Shown here: piece by piece, positions 36,568-49,606 of the stretch
How the letters are laid out: every line of letters starts with the position of its first letter
Numbering within the stretch: the first letter of the stretch is position 1
Source: Podarcis melisellensis
Taxonomy: Eukaryota
DNA length: 64,000 nt
Reading direction: 5' to 3' (one strand)
Assembly (NCBI GenBank): GCA_964234715.1
Contig: OZ174277.1
Notes under the pieces: generated by a model
What the model saw: only the letters and a program-made list of their open reading frames with translations
What the model was told of the DNA's origin: nothing
Databases searched by the model: none
Translations under genes and position numbers: made by a program

Positions 36568-38139
36568 TAGTCCAGGAAGGAATGTCCCCAGTAGACAGAT
36601 AAGAGCAGCAGAGATACATTCCTTCACTCTCCCCTAATACTCTCTCCCTACTCTGAAGCTATTGGTGCAGTTTGCTGATGAGCTAATGGACCCAGTGGCT
36701 AATGCATCTTTGGTTTCAGGTCTTCTGGCTCCCCTCATCCCTCGGGACTCAACAATATACACTTTGCATCTACCAACTACTTATAATCCTTATCCTTCCT
36801 TTATTTGTTAACACACTACCCCAAGTGGTGTGAGTCATCCACTGGCTTAAAATGCAGGGAGGTCATCTCCCCAGGTGTCCCACAATTATTTGGTAAGTAT
36901 TTCTTTCTATGGAAAGTAGGTTTTTTTAATTAAAACTTTAGTTTGCCTAAGTGCTCTCAGACAGAAAGGTTGGAATTTTTAAAATATGCCATAACCCAAA
37001 TGAGAAATATAACAATTTTTTTTTCTTAATTGCAGACCATTGCCCAAGTCTACTGTGCACCCACCCAGGGCAGCAGTTTCCACTTATGAGCGAAGGTTTT
37101 CATATTCCGTTCTGTGTGAGAGATAGCTTCATGTGATATTTTTTTTTAAAAAAAAAACCCAGTCAACACTAGCTACAGAGAAGGAAATCAGCTCTGATCT
37201 AGTGGGGACTCTCATTGGTGGAGTAGGTGACTAGACTGCTTTTCATCAATTCCCTTTTTCTCCAGCAGCTCCCAGCACCTCCTCCCTCCCTGTTCTGAAG
37301 GGTCCCCTAACCACCTAGGTCAGATTCACCAATACAGAAACCACATTTTAGTGAGAAAAGAAGGATGATTTGGAAAACAGGAAAATTCAGAGTTGTTCAT
37401 ACATCAGTAAGAGACTGCACCTCAGTGTTTCAGCTGAACTCTTCACTTTCTTGACTTAATTTTGCTTATCTCTGATTGTGCCTTTTCACCTCCTCTTGGA
37501 TAGAAGGGACCTCTTGCTTCTTTGGTTTCCGATGCTATTCCTGGCTTCCCCCTCCGCCATCACCCCCACCCCAGTCTTTTCAGGCCTTTTGAAAACATAC
37601 AGCTTTTCTATAGGCTTCTTTCTTCTTCAGAATCTCACATCCACCTTTGGGTATACACCTCTTCAAATTCTCTCCATTGTTCTCTGTTCACAAAGATGGC
37701 TGTCCTCTTGGCCTTTTAAAGTGTAGGGTCTCCACCTTAGCATCGTCTCTCCCTATAGCTTTTTGACAGCAGCTGTGGCTCAAGGAGTGCTGTGGATTGA
37801 GGGTCTTGTATTTTGTCATGTCAGATTCATTGAAGGTGTTGGGCATTACCATGCCGTGCTGGCCTGATTGCGGGTTGGAATGAGCTGGTCTTCCTTTAGG
37901 GAAATAGATTTTACTGTGTGACTACATTTCCTTAGTTATCCCACTGTACGTTAGTCATCAGAGCCCTGTTTGTGTAGACAGAGTATACAGAGTTCGGTGT
38001 GGACAGTAGGCGAGGTTGACATATGAATGAGATATATTGCACTTCATCATGGCGTTAATGCCTCTAAATTATTATATTATATAGACTATATCTGATATAA
38101 TATATGAGATTATATAATCTTCTATAATGGGGTATATGG

Positions 38140-38880
38140 GGTGTTAGGGAGGGGTAGTACCTGTGGTGGGGGACATGTCAAGCTCCTTCTGGGGTAGTTT
38201 GTCCACCTTCAGTCTCCATCTTGCATTTAGCTCTAAGCTGTGTCTAGAAGCTGTCAGAATTTGACAGTGGCCACACCCCAGGAATGTCTTTGACTGGCCA
38301 GCTAAACCAGATGAGGGTAGCCAAATGGCCTCAAAGCCTTGGTAAGTTAGTGACTTCCCCTGCATGTGAAGACAGGCTGTGGCAGTCGGAGTGGGTGAGA
38401 CCATTTGTGAGTCCAATGGTCAAGAGAGCAGTTTCTGCATGTGCTGTACAGAAGTGAGGGGCTGGTGGGGCTCGTCAACCTGGGAAGGTAGCCCATTTAG
38501 GAGAAGGAAAAATCTGATCCTAGACCAGGATATCTTCAGGAGAAGAAAAGGCCAAGGAGTAAACTCTACACCCAGTGTAGAGTGGCTGGGGAAACTCAGC
38601 CAGATGGGCGGGGTATAAATAATAAATTATTATAATATTATTATTACACAAGCCCAGAGTGGAGTCTCTAACATAGTTGGATGGCGCCTTGCATGCCTCC
38701 TTCTGGCAACTCCTGCAGCCAAGCTGGTGTGAAACATATTGCTCTGCTCTCCTCTGAACCACATCCGCGAGGCTGAGAGGGGGATCTTTTCTTCTGGGCA
38801 GCCCAGGACTTCCATACACACCTCCCAACCACCTTGGTGCTGCTAACACATTGGTTTGAATTCACCACTGAAGTCACACT
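38140..38880 (+). mobile_element. RTE-related 5'-region element with a nested L2 3' tail (about 38573-38646)
   Basis: aggagaaggaaaa..tctga motif; partial sibling at 47880-47945; the insert matches the L2 tail at 55620-55670; family assignment tentative. Confidence 0.45.
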
Positions 38881-39049
38881 CCATTGTCTCTCGAGACAGA
38901 AAGATGCCAACAGCTATCTTATATGATATGAAATTATATTGGTTTTTATTTTCCTAAAACCTCTTTCCTTTTATTGTTCATTTTCCTGTGAAGCTCAGGC
39001 ATTCCTTACAAGGAAAGGCCACGACTGAGTAAGGGAGCAACTTCCTCAG

Positions 39050-39195
39050 GCAGAAGGTGCCAGGTTCCATTTCCAGGCACGGCTGGGAGAGAACGCTGCC
39101 TGAAATCCTGGACAGACACTGCCAGTCAATGCAGACACTACTGAGCTACATAGGTCAGTGGTGTGAATAAGTATAAGGTATCTGTGTTCTGTGTC
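39050..39195 (+). mobile_element. tRNA-derived SINE with CR1-like tail
   Basis: Similar to 7770-7963. Confidence 0.65.
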
Positions 39196-39269
39196 CCTTT
39201 CCCCATCTTAAACATGTCTTCTCTTTTTTTACTTGAACAAATTTTTCATACGGATCCTATACACTAGAT

Positions 39270-39405
39270 CAGGCGTAGGCAAACTCGGCCCTCCAGCTGT
39301 TTTGGGACTACAACTCCCATCATCCCTAACTAACAGGACTAGCAGTCAGGGATGATGGGAATTGTAGTCCCAAAACATCTGGAGGGCTGAGTTTACCTAT
39401 GCCTG
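39270..39405. mobile_element. Palindromic hAT MITE
   Basis: Perfect 8-bp TSD cactagat (39262-39269, 39406-39413); long TIRs. Confidence 0.9.
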
Positions 39406-40623
39406 CACTAGATGCTGGACTCATCTTTCTCAACTTTCTTCCTGAGTTAATTATTCCTGTGAAAAATGTTGCTATCTTTAGAGTTCTCATATTGACCTTT
39501 CCCATTCCTATACTGCTCTCTTGTATTTCATTTATATATTTTTTTTATTTTAATGTATTTCACTGACTGCTGCATGTGTACGTTTTCACCATTTTTGTGC
39601 TTTGATTTAAATAAGCCTTCCCAATTTAATTTTCTTTTGGTCTGACTCTGGCCCCTTTCTGATTACTGCCACTGGATAAAGTTCAAAGAAGCAAAACTGA
39701 CAAACTTATTTTCACAGACTGTGTTGCAAACTCTGCGTTACCCCCTTAAAACTTTTAAGAATCCAGCCCTGTAGTGTTGGCATGACAAAATATTAAAGAA
39801 AAGGAACATCTGCCTACATATTTATAGTCTTATCATCAACATCACGAAGGTGGTAATTACTACTGCTATGAGAGAAATAATTCATCTGCTAATTTGTAAA
39901 ATTAATTCATCAACTGGAGATCCTAAAAGTAATTTTAATTGCATCTTAGTCAGTGCTGTAAAAAGCTATTATTCATTAATGGTATTATAAATGTCTTGCA
40001 ATCTTTTGATAATTCAAGCAGTACATTTAAGAGGCCTTTCCTAATGGTTTGTTTCTGGGTGGTTCTTATCTGAGAAATTCTCATTTTCATTAGTTCTCAA
40101 TCTAATCTGTGGCTGTCTCTGACATGAAATACTGTATGTAGATTTCAGAAGCCTTCTACAGTAGTCAATAAAAGGTACTCATAAAATGATTATTTGAATC
40201 CTTCAGCAAAATTTACGTTAAGGCAGAGATGGGGAATCTGACTGTGGCCCTACAGATGCCACAACCAACATGTGACAGTAGAAGGAAGCAGGACAGAGCA
40301 GTATTACTTACCTGACTTCCCAACCCAGAGGTTACGGCCTCTAACCAAGAGCGTGACAGGCAAGCCAACAGGGAGGTCAATGTGGTGCCAACACAGCAGC
40401 AGGCATGTTAGACTGGTGCAGATGGAGCAGCAGAGCCTATCTCCCTGCCAACAACTGACCCTCGTTGATCTAGTCCACTCAGCCGATCACTAATGGTTAG
40501 TGATAAGAGCGCAACATGCATATGTTTACGCAATAAGTGCATTATTTGGCCATGAAATCTGTGTTGCGTCTTAATGTGGTCTGGGTGCTACTTTTAATCA
40601 TCAGTTCTGGTTGTAGTTTAAGT

Positions 40624-40875
40624 CAGGCACGTCCAACTTCTAAGAGACTGCGATCTACTCCCAGCATAAAAAAATTGGCAGTGATTGATCTACCCATTGG
40701 ATTGACCAGAGTTGCTCAGCTTTTGGGGGGAAAGCTTCATCAGAATTGTTGAGCTTTTTCGGGGGAGGATGACCCAAAGTTCTTGAGCTTTTTTATTCTA
40801 TTTTTTGGGGGGTGGGGTGGGGGGTGAGGCATCAGAATCTCAGGATTGACCAGAGGCGTCCCACGATCAACCTGG
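40624..40875. mobile_element. hAT-like element remnant
   Basis: caggcacgtccaac end; gatctac/gttgagctttt internal repeats; related to 32087-32205. Confidence 0.5.
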
Positions 40876-41456
40876 TTCAAGTTATTTGTTGTGGATACAG
40901 TGATAGTCCGTTGACAAAGGATCCTGGCTTAGGAGTTTCCTGTCTGTAAGAATGGAAGATATTTTTTTAGAATGCCTTTGAAATGTTAAATGTCACAGTA
41001 CGCAGCATGTCTAAGCGAACTGGTGTGTAATCTGGGCTCTGCTGATTTGCACTTGTGTTACCACCTTTCTAGTCTAGAATGGATTGTGCCAGATTGAGCT
41101 GTGTTGGCCTGATATCATTTTCCCAAATCGACACGCTCTTGCGCACACACCCCAAATAGCATTGATCTTTGTATGCTATTTCCACGAATACATGCATTTT
41201 AAAGTACGCATTCACCTAATACTTTGCAAAAAAAAAATTGTATACATTTTTGGGGGTTAGAGAACTGCAATGCAACTTTCAGAGATATGCAAATTTCAAA
41301 GTGTTTCAGTAAATATATTGCTTTGGGGAGTGCAAATGAAGTAGGTTTGAATTAAAATGTGAGCTGAACGTAATTTCTCCCCATCCCTAAAAAGAGGACA
41401 GGGCTGCATCTGCACCTAAGTAGAAGAGGACATCTTGTCAGGTGCAGTTTGCATAA

Positions 41457-41696
41457 GCCAGTGTGGTGTAGTGGTTAAGAGCGGTGGACTCGTAATCTGG
41501 TGAACTGGGTTTGCTTCCCCACTCCTCCACATGCAGCTGCTGGGTGACCTTGGGCTAGTCACACTTCTCTGAAGTCTCTCAGCCTCACTCACCTCACAGA
41601 GTGTTTGTTGTGGGGGAGGAAGGGAAAGGAGAATGTTAGCCGCTTTGAGACTCCTTAAAGGGAGTGAAAGGCGGGATATCAAATCCAAACTCTTCT
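41457..41696 (+). mobile_element. tRNA-CORE SINE with L2-like tail (MIR/Squam3-like)
   Basis: gccagtgtggtgtagtggttaagagc head, gtgaccttgggctagtcac CORE, agccgctttgagactcc tail. Confidence 0.85.
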
Positions 41697-41816
41697 GCTA
41701 GAATCTACTCTTTTACGAATCTAGTAACATTGCAAGAGTCCACTCTGTCTTCCACTTACCTCTCAGTTCTTGCCTTTATCTGACTCCCTCCTTCCCAAAA
41801 CTGCAATCCTATAAAC

Positions 41817-42065
41817 CATGGGTAGGCAAACTAAGGCCTGGGGTCCGGATCCGGCCCAATCGCCTTATAAATCCAGCCTGTCAATGGTCCGGGAATCAGC
41901 GTGTTTTTACATGAGTAGAATGTGTCCTTTTATTTAAAATGCATCTCTGGGTTATTTGTGGGGCATAGGAATTCATTCTTTCCCCCAAAAAAATAAAGTC
42001 CGCCCCCCCCAAATGGTCTGAGGGACAGTGAACCTGCCCCTGCTGAAAAAGTTTGCTGACCCCTG
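41817..42065. mobile_element. hAT (Charlie-like) non-autonomous element
   Basis: TIR catgggtaggcaaact / agtttgctgacccctg; TSD ctataaac/ctataaat. Confidence 0.85.
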
Positions 42066-42926
42066 CTATAAATGCTTGCAAGGGAGGATTGTTAAATTCC
42101 CACAAGCAGTGTCTCTGTAATTTTCACATTTTAAAAAATAGTTTGCTAATTACTCAGCTCAGAAACAGCCTCAGTTCATACTGTACATCCAACTGACCTT
42201 GCTGTATATTATTTGCAACCAAGCTGTCACCAAGGCACACAAAAGATCAGAAGGGTCAAAACACATTCCGGTATCTATTGTTCAATCACCAAAGCAGACC
42301 TCATGAGAGAGAGAGAGAGAAGGGAGGGAAGGAAATACTCGGAACAGTAGGGATTGGAAAGTGACAGGGAGGAAGAAGTGGAACAAGCATATACCGTAAT
42401 TAATCCCCAAGTCTGTTGCCTTTTCACCACAAAAGACAATTGGCTGGCTTTGGTATGTTTTACTTGGAAGTAGCTTCTGTGATGTGCATGAGGTTTTCTC
42501 CCATTGAGTAAAAAAGAAGAAGGTGAAACTGTATTCTCTCTCTTTTTTCTCCCTGTGCATACTGCAAAGCACTTCTACAACTCCCACACAGCTACTGCTG
42601 CTGCCCAACACCAGTGTGTTACTGATTACTATACAGGGACCCATAAAGGAGAAACATCAAATACAAAACTACCCAGCAAATACAACCATAAAATCATCAA
42701 ACACCCTACAGCTGTAGGAAATTAAAAATCCCTTATATTGTATTTTAACTCAGTGAAATGTTGCTCTTTTGTTTATCAAGGTTGGCAAATGTTTGTGGGT
42801 GCCATCTGTGTGCTTTGCTGAGTTGTGAAACTGCATGTGCTAGGAGCATTTTCTGTTTGCTTATCAAAGTTGACAAAATGGGGTCCTCCCTTGTGTGTTT
42901 TGCTGAGAGCTGTGCTCAGTACACAT

Positions 42927-43099
42927 NNNNNNNNNNNNNNNNNNNNNNNNNNNNNNNNNNNNNNNNNNNNNNNNNNNNNNNNNNNNNNNNNNNNNNNNNN
43001 NNNNNNNNNNNNNNNNNNNNNNNNNNNNNNNNNNNNNNNNNNNNNNNNNNNNNNNNNNNNNNNNNNNNNNNNNNNNNNNNNNNNNNNNNNNNNNNNNNN
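42927..43099. other. Assembly gap (173 N)
   Basis: Run of N. Confidence 1.
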
Positions 43100-43370
43100 A
43101 TTGTGCCATAATTAATTTGTTACTCTTAAAGATACCTTAAGACCTTTACTTTGTGCTCCATTATCCCATGCATTCATTTTGGGGTAGAAGAGGGTCCCCT
43201 TTTGCGGGGATGTACCAGGGTTCCAAACCACCTTAATCAAACTTGACAAGGAACCTTTTCCAGCCTTACCTGGAAATGCTGAGGTTTGAACCTAAGGGAA
43301 AGTAGATGCTCTACTATTGAAGAATTTCCTAATAATATACAATCAGAGGAGCAAGAAAGAAGACAGAATG

Positions 43371-43372
<2 letters not shown>

Positions 43373-43412
<40 letters not shown>
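43373..43412. repeat. (GA)n microsatellite
   Basis: Direct observation. Confidence 0.95.
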
Positions 43413-43416
<4 letters not shown>

Positions 43417-46265
43417 CTTCCTGCCCTAACACCCAGAAAAAAACCATCACAGAGGACAAATTCAAATATAAAAAAGTAGAAAGAGAGACTCTCTTTTCCT
43501 AGTCGACGGTGTGGAAAAGAAAGATAACAAGCGGCAGCTCTCTCTTCTCCTCTTATAACCTCTCTCTTGCAAACCAGACTCCTGCAATAAAGAAGTGGGA
43601 ATTTTCCTCCTGCTGAGAAACCTGCTGTTTCCTGCTTCCTTCTGGTCTGTTGAGTCAGCTGAGCTCTTCCGCTTTGCTACTGAGTAGCTACCTCACCGAA
43701 ACCACACTTCACTCCAGGTTGAAGAAAGTGAGTGTCTGATCAAGAGCCATTTAGACTGACTGCACCAACAGGTACCATGTTGGAATTTCACAACCACCAT
43801 ATGATTAGTGGTGGGCAACAGTCAGAGACTCTTCCATGCAAATAGCTGCACTGAGGATTCCTGATTGGTATTGCCAGGTGTTGCCAATCACAAGGGAAGG
43901 TGGGTGAATAGAATTGGATCTGGTCACCTTGCCCAACTATCTTCAATGGGAATTGCTTAAGACTTTCTCTGACAGAAAGAATTGCTTTTGGGGTGAAATG
44001 CTCCCACATCCTCTCCCAAACAGGGGTTGGACCTAGAAACACACGCAAGTGATTGCTCATTGGATTCATGTGTGTGCAGGCTTGCAGGTGGTTGAAAATG
44101 ATTGCCATGATTTCTTTTTGTATATGTGATGGAAATTGGCTCTGGTTCTGGGTTCAGGAATTGCGTGGGGAAAGGCACAGCCACATCTGCCCAAATTGAA
44201 AAACGACCACAGATAAGTGGGTAGATATATGTATATGTACAGTAATACCTGAAAGCACCTTAGATGAAGAGAGCATTGATTCACTGGGTTCCATTGTCCT
44301 AAAGTTGGTTTCCTGACCCTCATGGGCGCTGCCTCCTTGTACACTGCTGTCCCCCAAACTGGATGGTGCCCCTGATGAACCCCATTTCTTGACCTCTTGG
44401 TGGGCACCACCACCTGTGTACCAAAATTGAATCTTCCAAGACTTAGATCTAGTTTTTTCTAGATCTGAATACAGTTCTCCATAGGTTGCATCTGACAGTA
44501 TGCATGCATGGATATAGAAGAAAAAGAAAGCACTACTTAAAGCAGGACCCTCTGCTTTTTTTCCTATAAGAAAAATCAGCAATTGGGTGAGAACAAATAT
44601 TCACAATGCAGAACAAGCAATATTGTCCTGCTATTTTCATTGTTCTCCATCAAGTGTTGCTTTTAGAAAAAGTCAATCACCAGACATAATCTTGATTCGT
44701 GTAATCTTAAACCCCCTCTAGTTCAATAATTACTCTAATGAACGCTAATGAGCAAATACCCCAGACACATTTAATGCCAGTATATTACTCTTACTGCAAG
44801 ATTAGAACGTTTCTGATTATTCATCCTTACTCATTTGCAGTGGATAATTTGACTGCACCATTTCCATCAAAATGCTATCTGAGAAACAGGCTTTGTTATT
44901 ATTTCAACGGCTCACACCATGCTGCATATCATCTATAGTTCAGGGGAGGAGGGGGTGTTATCTGTGAAGAAAGTGATTTCTGCTAGAAATTAGAACATCA
45001 AAGACAACAAAGCAAGTGCCAACTTTTATTTGCTTTACCTTACATATGGCAATAGTTCTAGACATTAAAATGGGAATAGGAAGAACATGTTGGAGGGACA
45101 ACCCAAAGAAGCCAGGAGAGCATATGACCTTGGAAGCCAAACCTTTTGACCGTATCCTGATTATCTACAAGATACCTTCATTTTTACATAGAAGAGGACA
45201 TTGTTATCTCTGTAGGCCTTTTCAGATTTGTCTCCTGATAATGACCCCTAGTTAAAACTTAAAGGAAAACTTACGGAATTACAGTTTGCACACATAACAG
45301 AAAAAGCAGGGGAAACCCCCTCCACTTTTCCCTTTAATATTTCCTTCAGGAGACAATGATTTATGGATAAAACTCTCTTAGGTCCTATAAATAGTGCTTT
45401 ACTAACCCCCAAAGCAAAGAAACACTACTGAGTTTCTATCAAACAATAGAAAGCAATATTTCTATGGGAACTATGGGAAGAAGCATTGTCTGATCTCAGT
45501 GGAAATGAAATGTTTCAGCCACTATCCAAGGAGGCCAAGGCAAGCGTTCGTGATTAATCAGATTGGAGTTGCATCTCTGAAAATAGAATGAATCATGCAG
45601 AGACTGCCCAAAAGAACAAATTGCAGGATGCTTATTTTTAGCCATTTTTGATTCACCACAGTTAAGCTGGGATGCTAGACTGTAGTTAAGCAGCCTCCAC
45701 CACAGTTGGTGGCAGATGAAAGATCTAGCAAAGTCACTGAAGCAAAGAGTTATATTCTGTCCTGCACCTCACCCACCCCCTAAACTATGGCTATACATAT
45801 TTTTTTTGAAACCTGATCATTTCTTCTCTTTCATTTGTGAATGTGCTTGGAGAATGGGAATCATATGGGGGGGGTTATTGTCCTGTTTTAAGAAAAGATG
45901 GCATCACCGTAACCTGCCTGCCCATTTGCTCTTGAGCAAAATAGATTGTTGTTTCTGAGCCCAAATCAAATGACTGGTGGTTCTGAAGGCAAGGCACATG
46001 TGGCATGTTTGCAGCTGCTGCAGAGCTCCTATGGCATCGATAGCAGCGCAACAGAGAGCAGTTTATCAGCTCTTCCATCCTGATGCTGGGTACAGCTTTC
46101 ATACCATTCAACTCTGCCAAACAGCCTGCAAGAGAACCGGCTATGTCTTATGTTCTTATAAGGGACAGATGCCAACATCACTGAGCAAGCAGCAGGATGA
46201 ACAGGACTTTCATATAACCAAAGTGTAGGCAGTGTCCAAATGTAGTAACTGAACATATATCTAGT

Positions 46266-46267
<2 letters not shown>

Positions 46268-46302
<35 letters not shown>
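46268..46302. repeat. (AC)n microsatellite
   Basis: Direct observation. Confidence 0.95.
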
Positions 46303-46305
<3 letters not shown>

Positions 46306-46351
46306 GGTTATGCTCTGCCTTCACAGTTGGAATCAGCAATGCTTCCAAATA

Positions 46352-46580
46352 CAGTGGAACCTCGTGTTATGGACAGGATCCGTTCCGGAGGCCCATCCAT
46401 AACACGGAACTGGTGCAAGCTGAAGTGTTGTGTCTGCGCATGTGCGCGGCACAATTTAGCGCTTCTGCACATGCGTGAGCGGTAAAACCCAGAAGTAATC
46501 AGTTCCAGTACTCTGGGTTGCTGCAGGATGCAACGCGAAAACACATAACCTGAAGCGGACGCAACATGAGGTATGACTTA
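46352..46580. mobile_element. Tigger-like MITE, second family
   Basis: ta-cagtggaacctcg start, gaggtatgact end, internal tgcgcatgtgcg repeats. Confidence 0.7.
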
Positions 46581-47244
46581 CTAGTTGCTGGGACCCACAG
46601 GAGGGGCAAATGTTCTAGTGTTCATGTTCTGTTTGCTGGTTTTCCACAGGCACCTGGTTGGTTACTGTGAGAACAGAATGCTGGTCTAGATGGGCCATTC
46701 TGTTATCTTCACATGTACCATAAATTTAAAAGAATATGTAAAAGTGCTTCCAATTTGTTGTTTACGAAGCCACATTTGTAGTGAAAAGAAGCAGGCGTAG
46801 GAGAAAGGTAGAACTGGTAGAAATTAACATTATTTTAAAGACTGACTTTTCTAATTCTCCTCCTCCACTTCCCTCCTCCACTTGATCACTGTTTTATCTT
46901 CTCCTGTGTGGAAGGTTGTCAGTGCTGCATGAAAGGATTTCCTGGCATCAGCAATAATCACACAATGCAAAATGCTTTTCCTTCCAGAATGCCATTAGGT
47001 TTGGTAGAACAGGCAGCAGCCCTTTTTCTCCTTTCGTCAATTAGGATTAATTGTGCCTTTCGTAGCTGCTTGTAAACATTTTGCTGCTTACAAAAGCACC
47101 AGGTTTTCACCACCAATCTTAAAAGTTATTGACTTGGTTGCCAACAATGAGGAAAGTGCCAGGGGCTTCTAGATCTCCAACCAGGAACTCACATTTCAGT
47201 ATATTGGATTATGGGAACTATAGCAAACCACCAAGATGTAGAAG

Positions 47245-47572
47245 CAGGTCTGGCCTATCCTTGAGGTAGACTGAGGCATCCTGCCTGTCTGCCCCGGCCC
47301 CCGCCACCAGGAAGCAAGGAGAAGCAGTGATTTCAAGCAAGAACTCACAGAGCTCTTGTGAGATTTCGTTACGGCTTCTGTGGTGATGGGACACCTCCTA
47401 TGGTGGTAGGACACCTCCACTGCCGGTGGAGTAGTGGCTGCAGCTTCTGGGGAGATCTTGCAAGATCTTGCTAGACTCTGGAAGCTGCAAACACACAACC
47501 TCAGTAAGCAAGGCAGTGGCAGAAGGAGGGCACCTTCCTGCTTTTCTCAGGTGGCAGAAGAGGATGGGCCAC
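47245..47572. mobile_element. Degenerate non-autonomous DNA element
   Basis: ggccta.cc..gaggtagactgagg / ctcaggtggcag..gatgggcc ends; gagatct(t/c)g internal repeats. Confidence 0.4.
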
Positions 47573-49606
47573 AATTTTACAAAGCCACTTTGAGGAGAGT
47601 CGTTGATGGTGGTCTACCATGTCTCAGATACACAGCTCTTGCACAGTACTGTGTGTTCAGTACTGTGGGCCCAGTTTTAGGGAACCCTTCCAGTATAGGT
47701 TAGACAGCACCCCGTACACAATGCCTGGGACCTTTTTTTACTAAATTCTGATTTATTGGTATTATACTCCTTGCGCAGTGCTCAGGGATTACTGTAATTA
47801 AGTGCCATATAAATGGCTTAAAATACATGAAACAGAGCTGTGACCACTTTGTGTGTCTTCCCTAAACGGAATAGGACTGGAACCCAATTCTTGTCATCTG
47901 GGCAGTCCAGGACCTCCATACATGCACCCGGAGACATCACTTTGGTGCTGCAAACGCAGTCATAGGAGCTCCAATAGCCATCCTAAGTAGCATAGGTTAC
48001 AGTTGTCCAAACGCCTCCTGTATAATAGTGGGCATAACCATCTTTTCCTCCTTCTGTCTCTTCTGGAACAATGCTATGTCATAACAGCATAGTCCCGTAG
48101 GAGCATTTTAAAGGACTCTCAGCTAATAGGTCAAAACAGATGGCCATGTGGGATATTAATTCATTTTTCTATGTTCAGAATAGCAATAACCAACCATCCA
48201 GGACTCCAGGAGGAGCTGTGTTCAACTCCCATAGACAATGTATTGCTCCCAGAACTGGAGAGAGCAACAGAGTTCACACTGCAGTTCCTCTTTAGGAAAA
48301 GAGATTTAATGACATTTAGGGAAGAGCAGGAGGACTCTGTCTCTCGTGCGGCTTTTGAACAGCTGCAGCTAAAGTCAATCTAGTGGATCATGTTGTATAA
48401 CTCCCTGCATTATCATGGCCTGTATTAGCTATCTTTCAAAATTCAATTAAAATTATTATGTTTCCCCGGTGGCTTGAGGGTAACAGAAGAAATTATTGCT
48501 CTTTCAGAGATGTGTGGTTTTCCCCCATTCTAAAATCTATTAGCACTGGACACACTCCACTCAAAATTAAGCATTTTTACATCCCACCAGGAGATATTGG
48601 AACATGTGCTTGACTCCCCCATGGAGATCTGTGTAAAGTGCTTAATTTGGGCTGGTTCATGACCTCTTTTTTAATTATTTGAGGTTATTGTGAATAGATT
48701 GTGGCTCTAAAAGAACAAAAAGAGGCCACTTGATGAAATGATTAATTACAGTGCCAAAACAATATTATAGTGATTCGGTTTCAAAGCATCCCTGAATGTC
48801 TCCAGGCTCTCCCGAAGGAAGAATCAGGTGGATGCAGTGGAGCAGCACTTGTTTCAGCTGCTGTCATCTAATTCTGGCAAACCAGAATATTTTATATCAC
48901 CTTCCCTTTCTATGTACCTAGCCGCCATTAGCGATCTTCAAAACCTGTTCAGCTCATTTGCACAACTCTTCCTGGGTTTACGTTTGAATTTAGTAAGACT
49001 CTTTGAACTAAATGGGGCTGTAGTCTGGCCTCCAGCCTGAATCTGCTTTTAAAGATTAAGCCCTGTCAGGTTCCATGCAGACACCCTGAAATCAAAATTT
49101 TAAAAGCCTACCTCTGATCATCAGACTTAAGTCCTCCTCCTTCCACCTCAAATGAAATGAAGAGGCCATAATACAGTACTGAGTTGGACGCTCTCAAGAC
49201 CATTGATTTGGCCTAATATCATCTAAATCTGTTTAAACATGACCAGTCGGGAGGCATAACCTAAAAAGTAGGCACCTTGTGCTTCAGTTGTGTTGAAATG
49301 AATGTGGGTTCAGTGTTTACCCGTATGTGCCTTTTATTTCAGGGAAACTTCAGTGTGTTGGTGTAGGCTAAATAATTTTGAGCTGTGGACTCACAGCCCC
49401 CTCATTTTCTGTTCTACTTCAGTAAGGTCCCAGAATAGACCATTCCTGGCCTACTCTTCCCACCACTTGGTCACAAAAGCTGCCCGCTGAATTTCACTTG
49501 GTTGTTCCTGAGGCCTAGTTCCTTTGTTGTTGTTGTTAGTCTGAGCTAATTGGCTTTTGCATGGAGACTAAGCTGTTCTCAAACTGACCCACCTGCTTCC
49601 CACATT

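Noticed and set aside
38660-38745. HDV-like ribozyme resemblance (gcc-tccttct-ggc as P3/L3) in the RTE-related element
   Set aside because: P1, P1.1 and P2 pairings and the catalytic C could not be completed from this copy
42758-43115. ORFs spanning the N run
   Set aside because: Artefacts of the assembly gap
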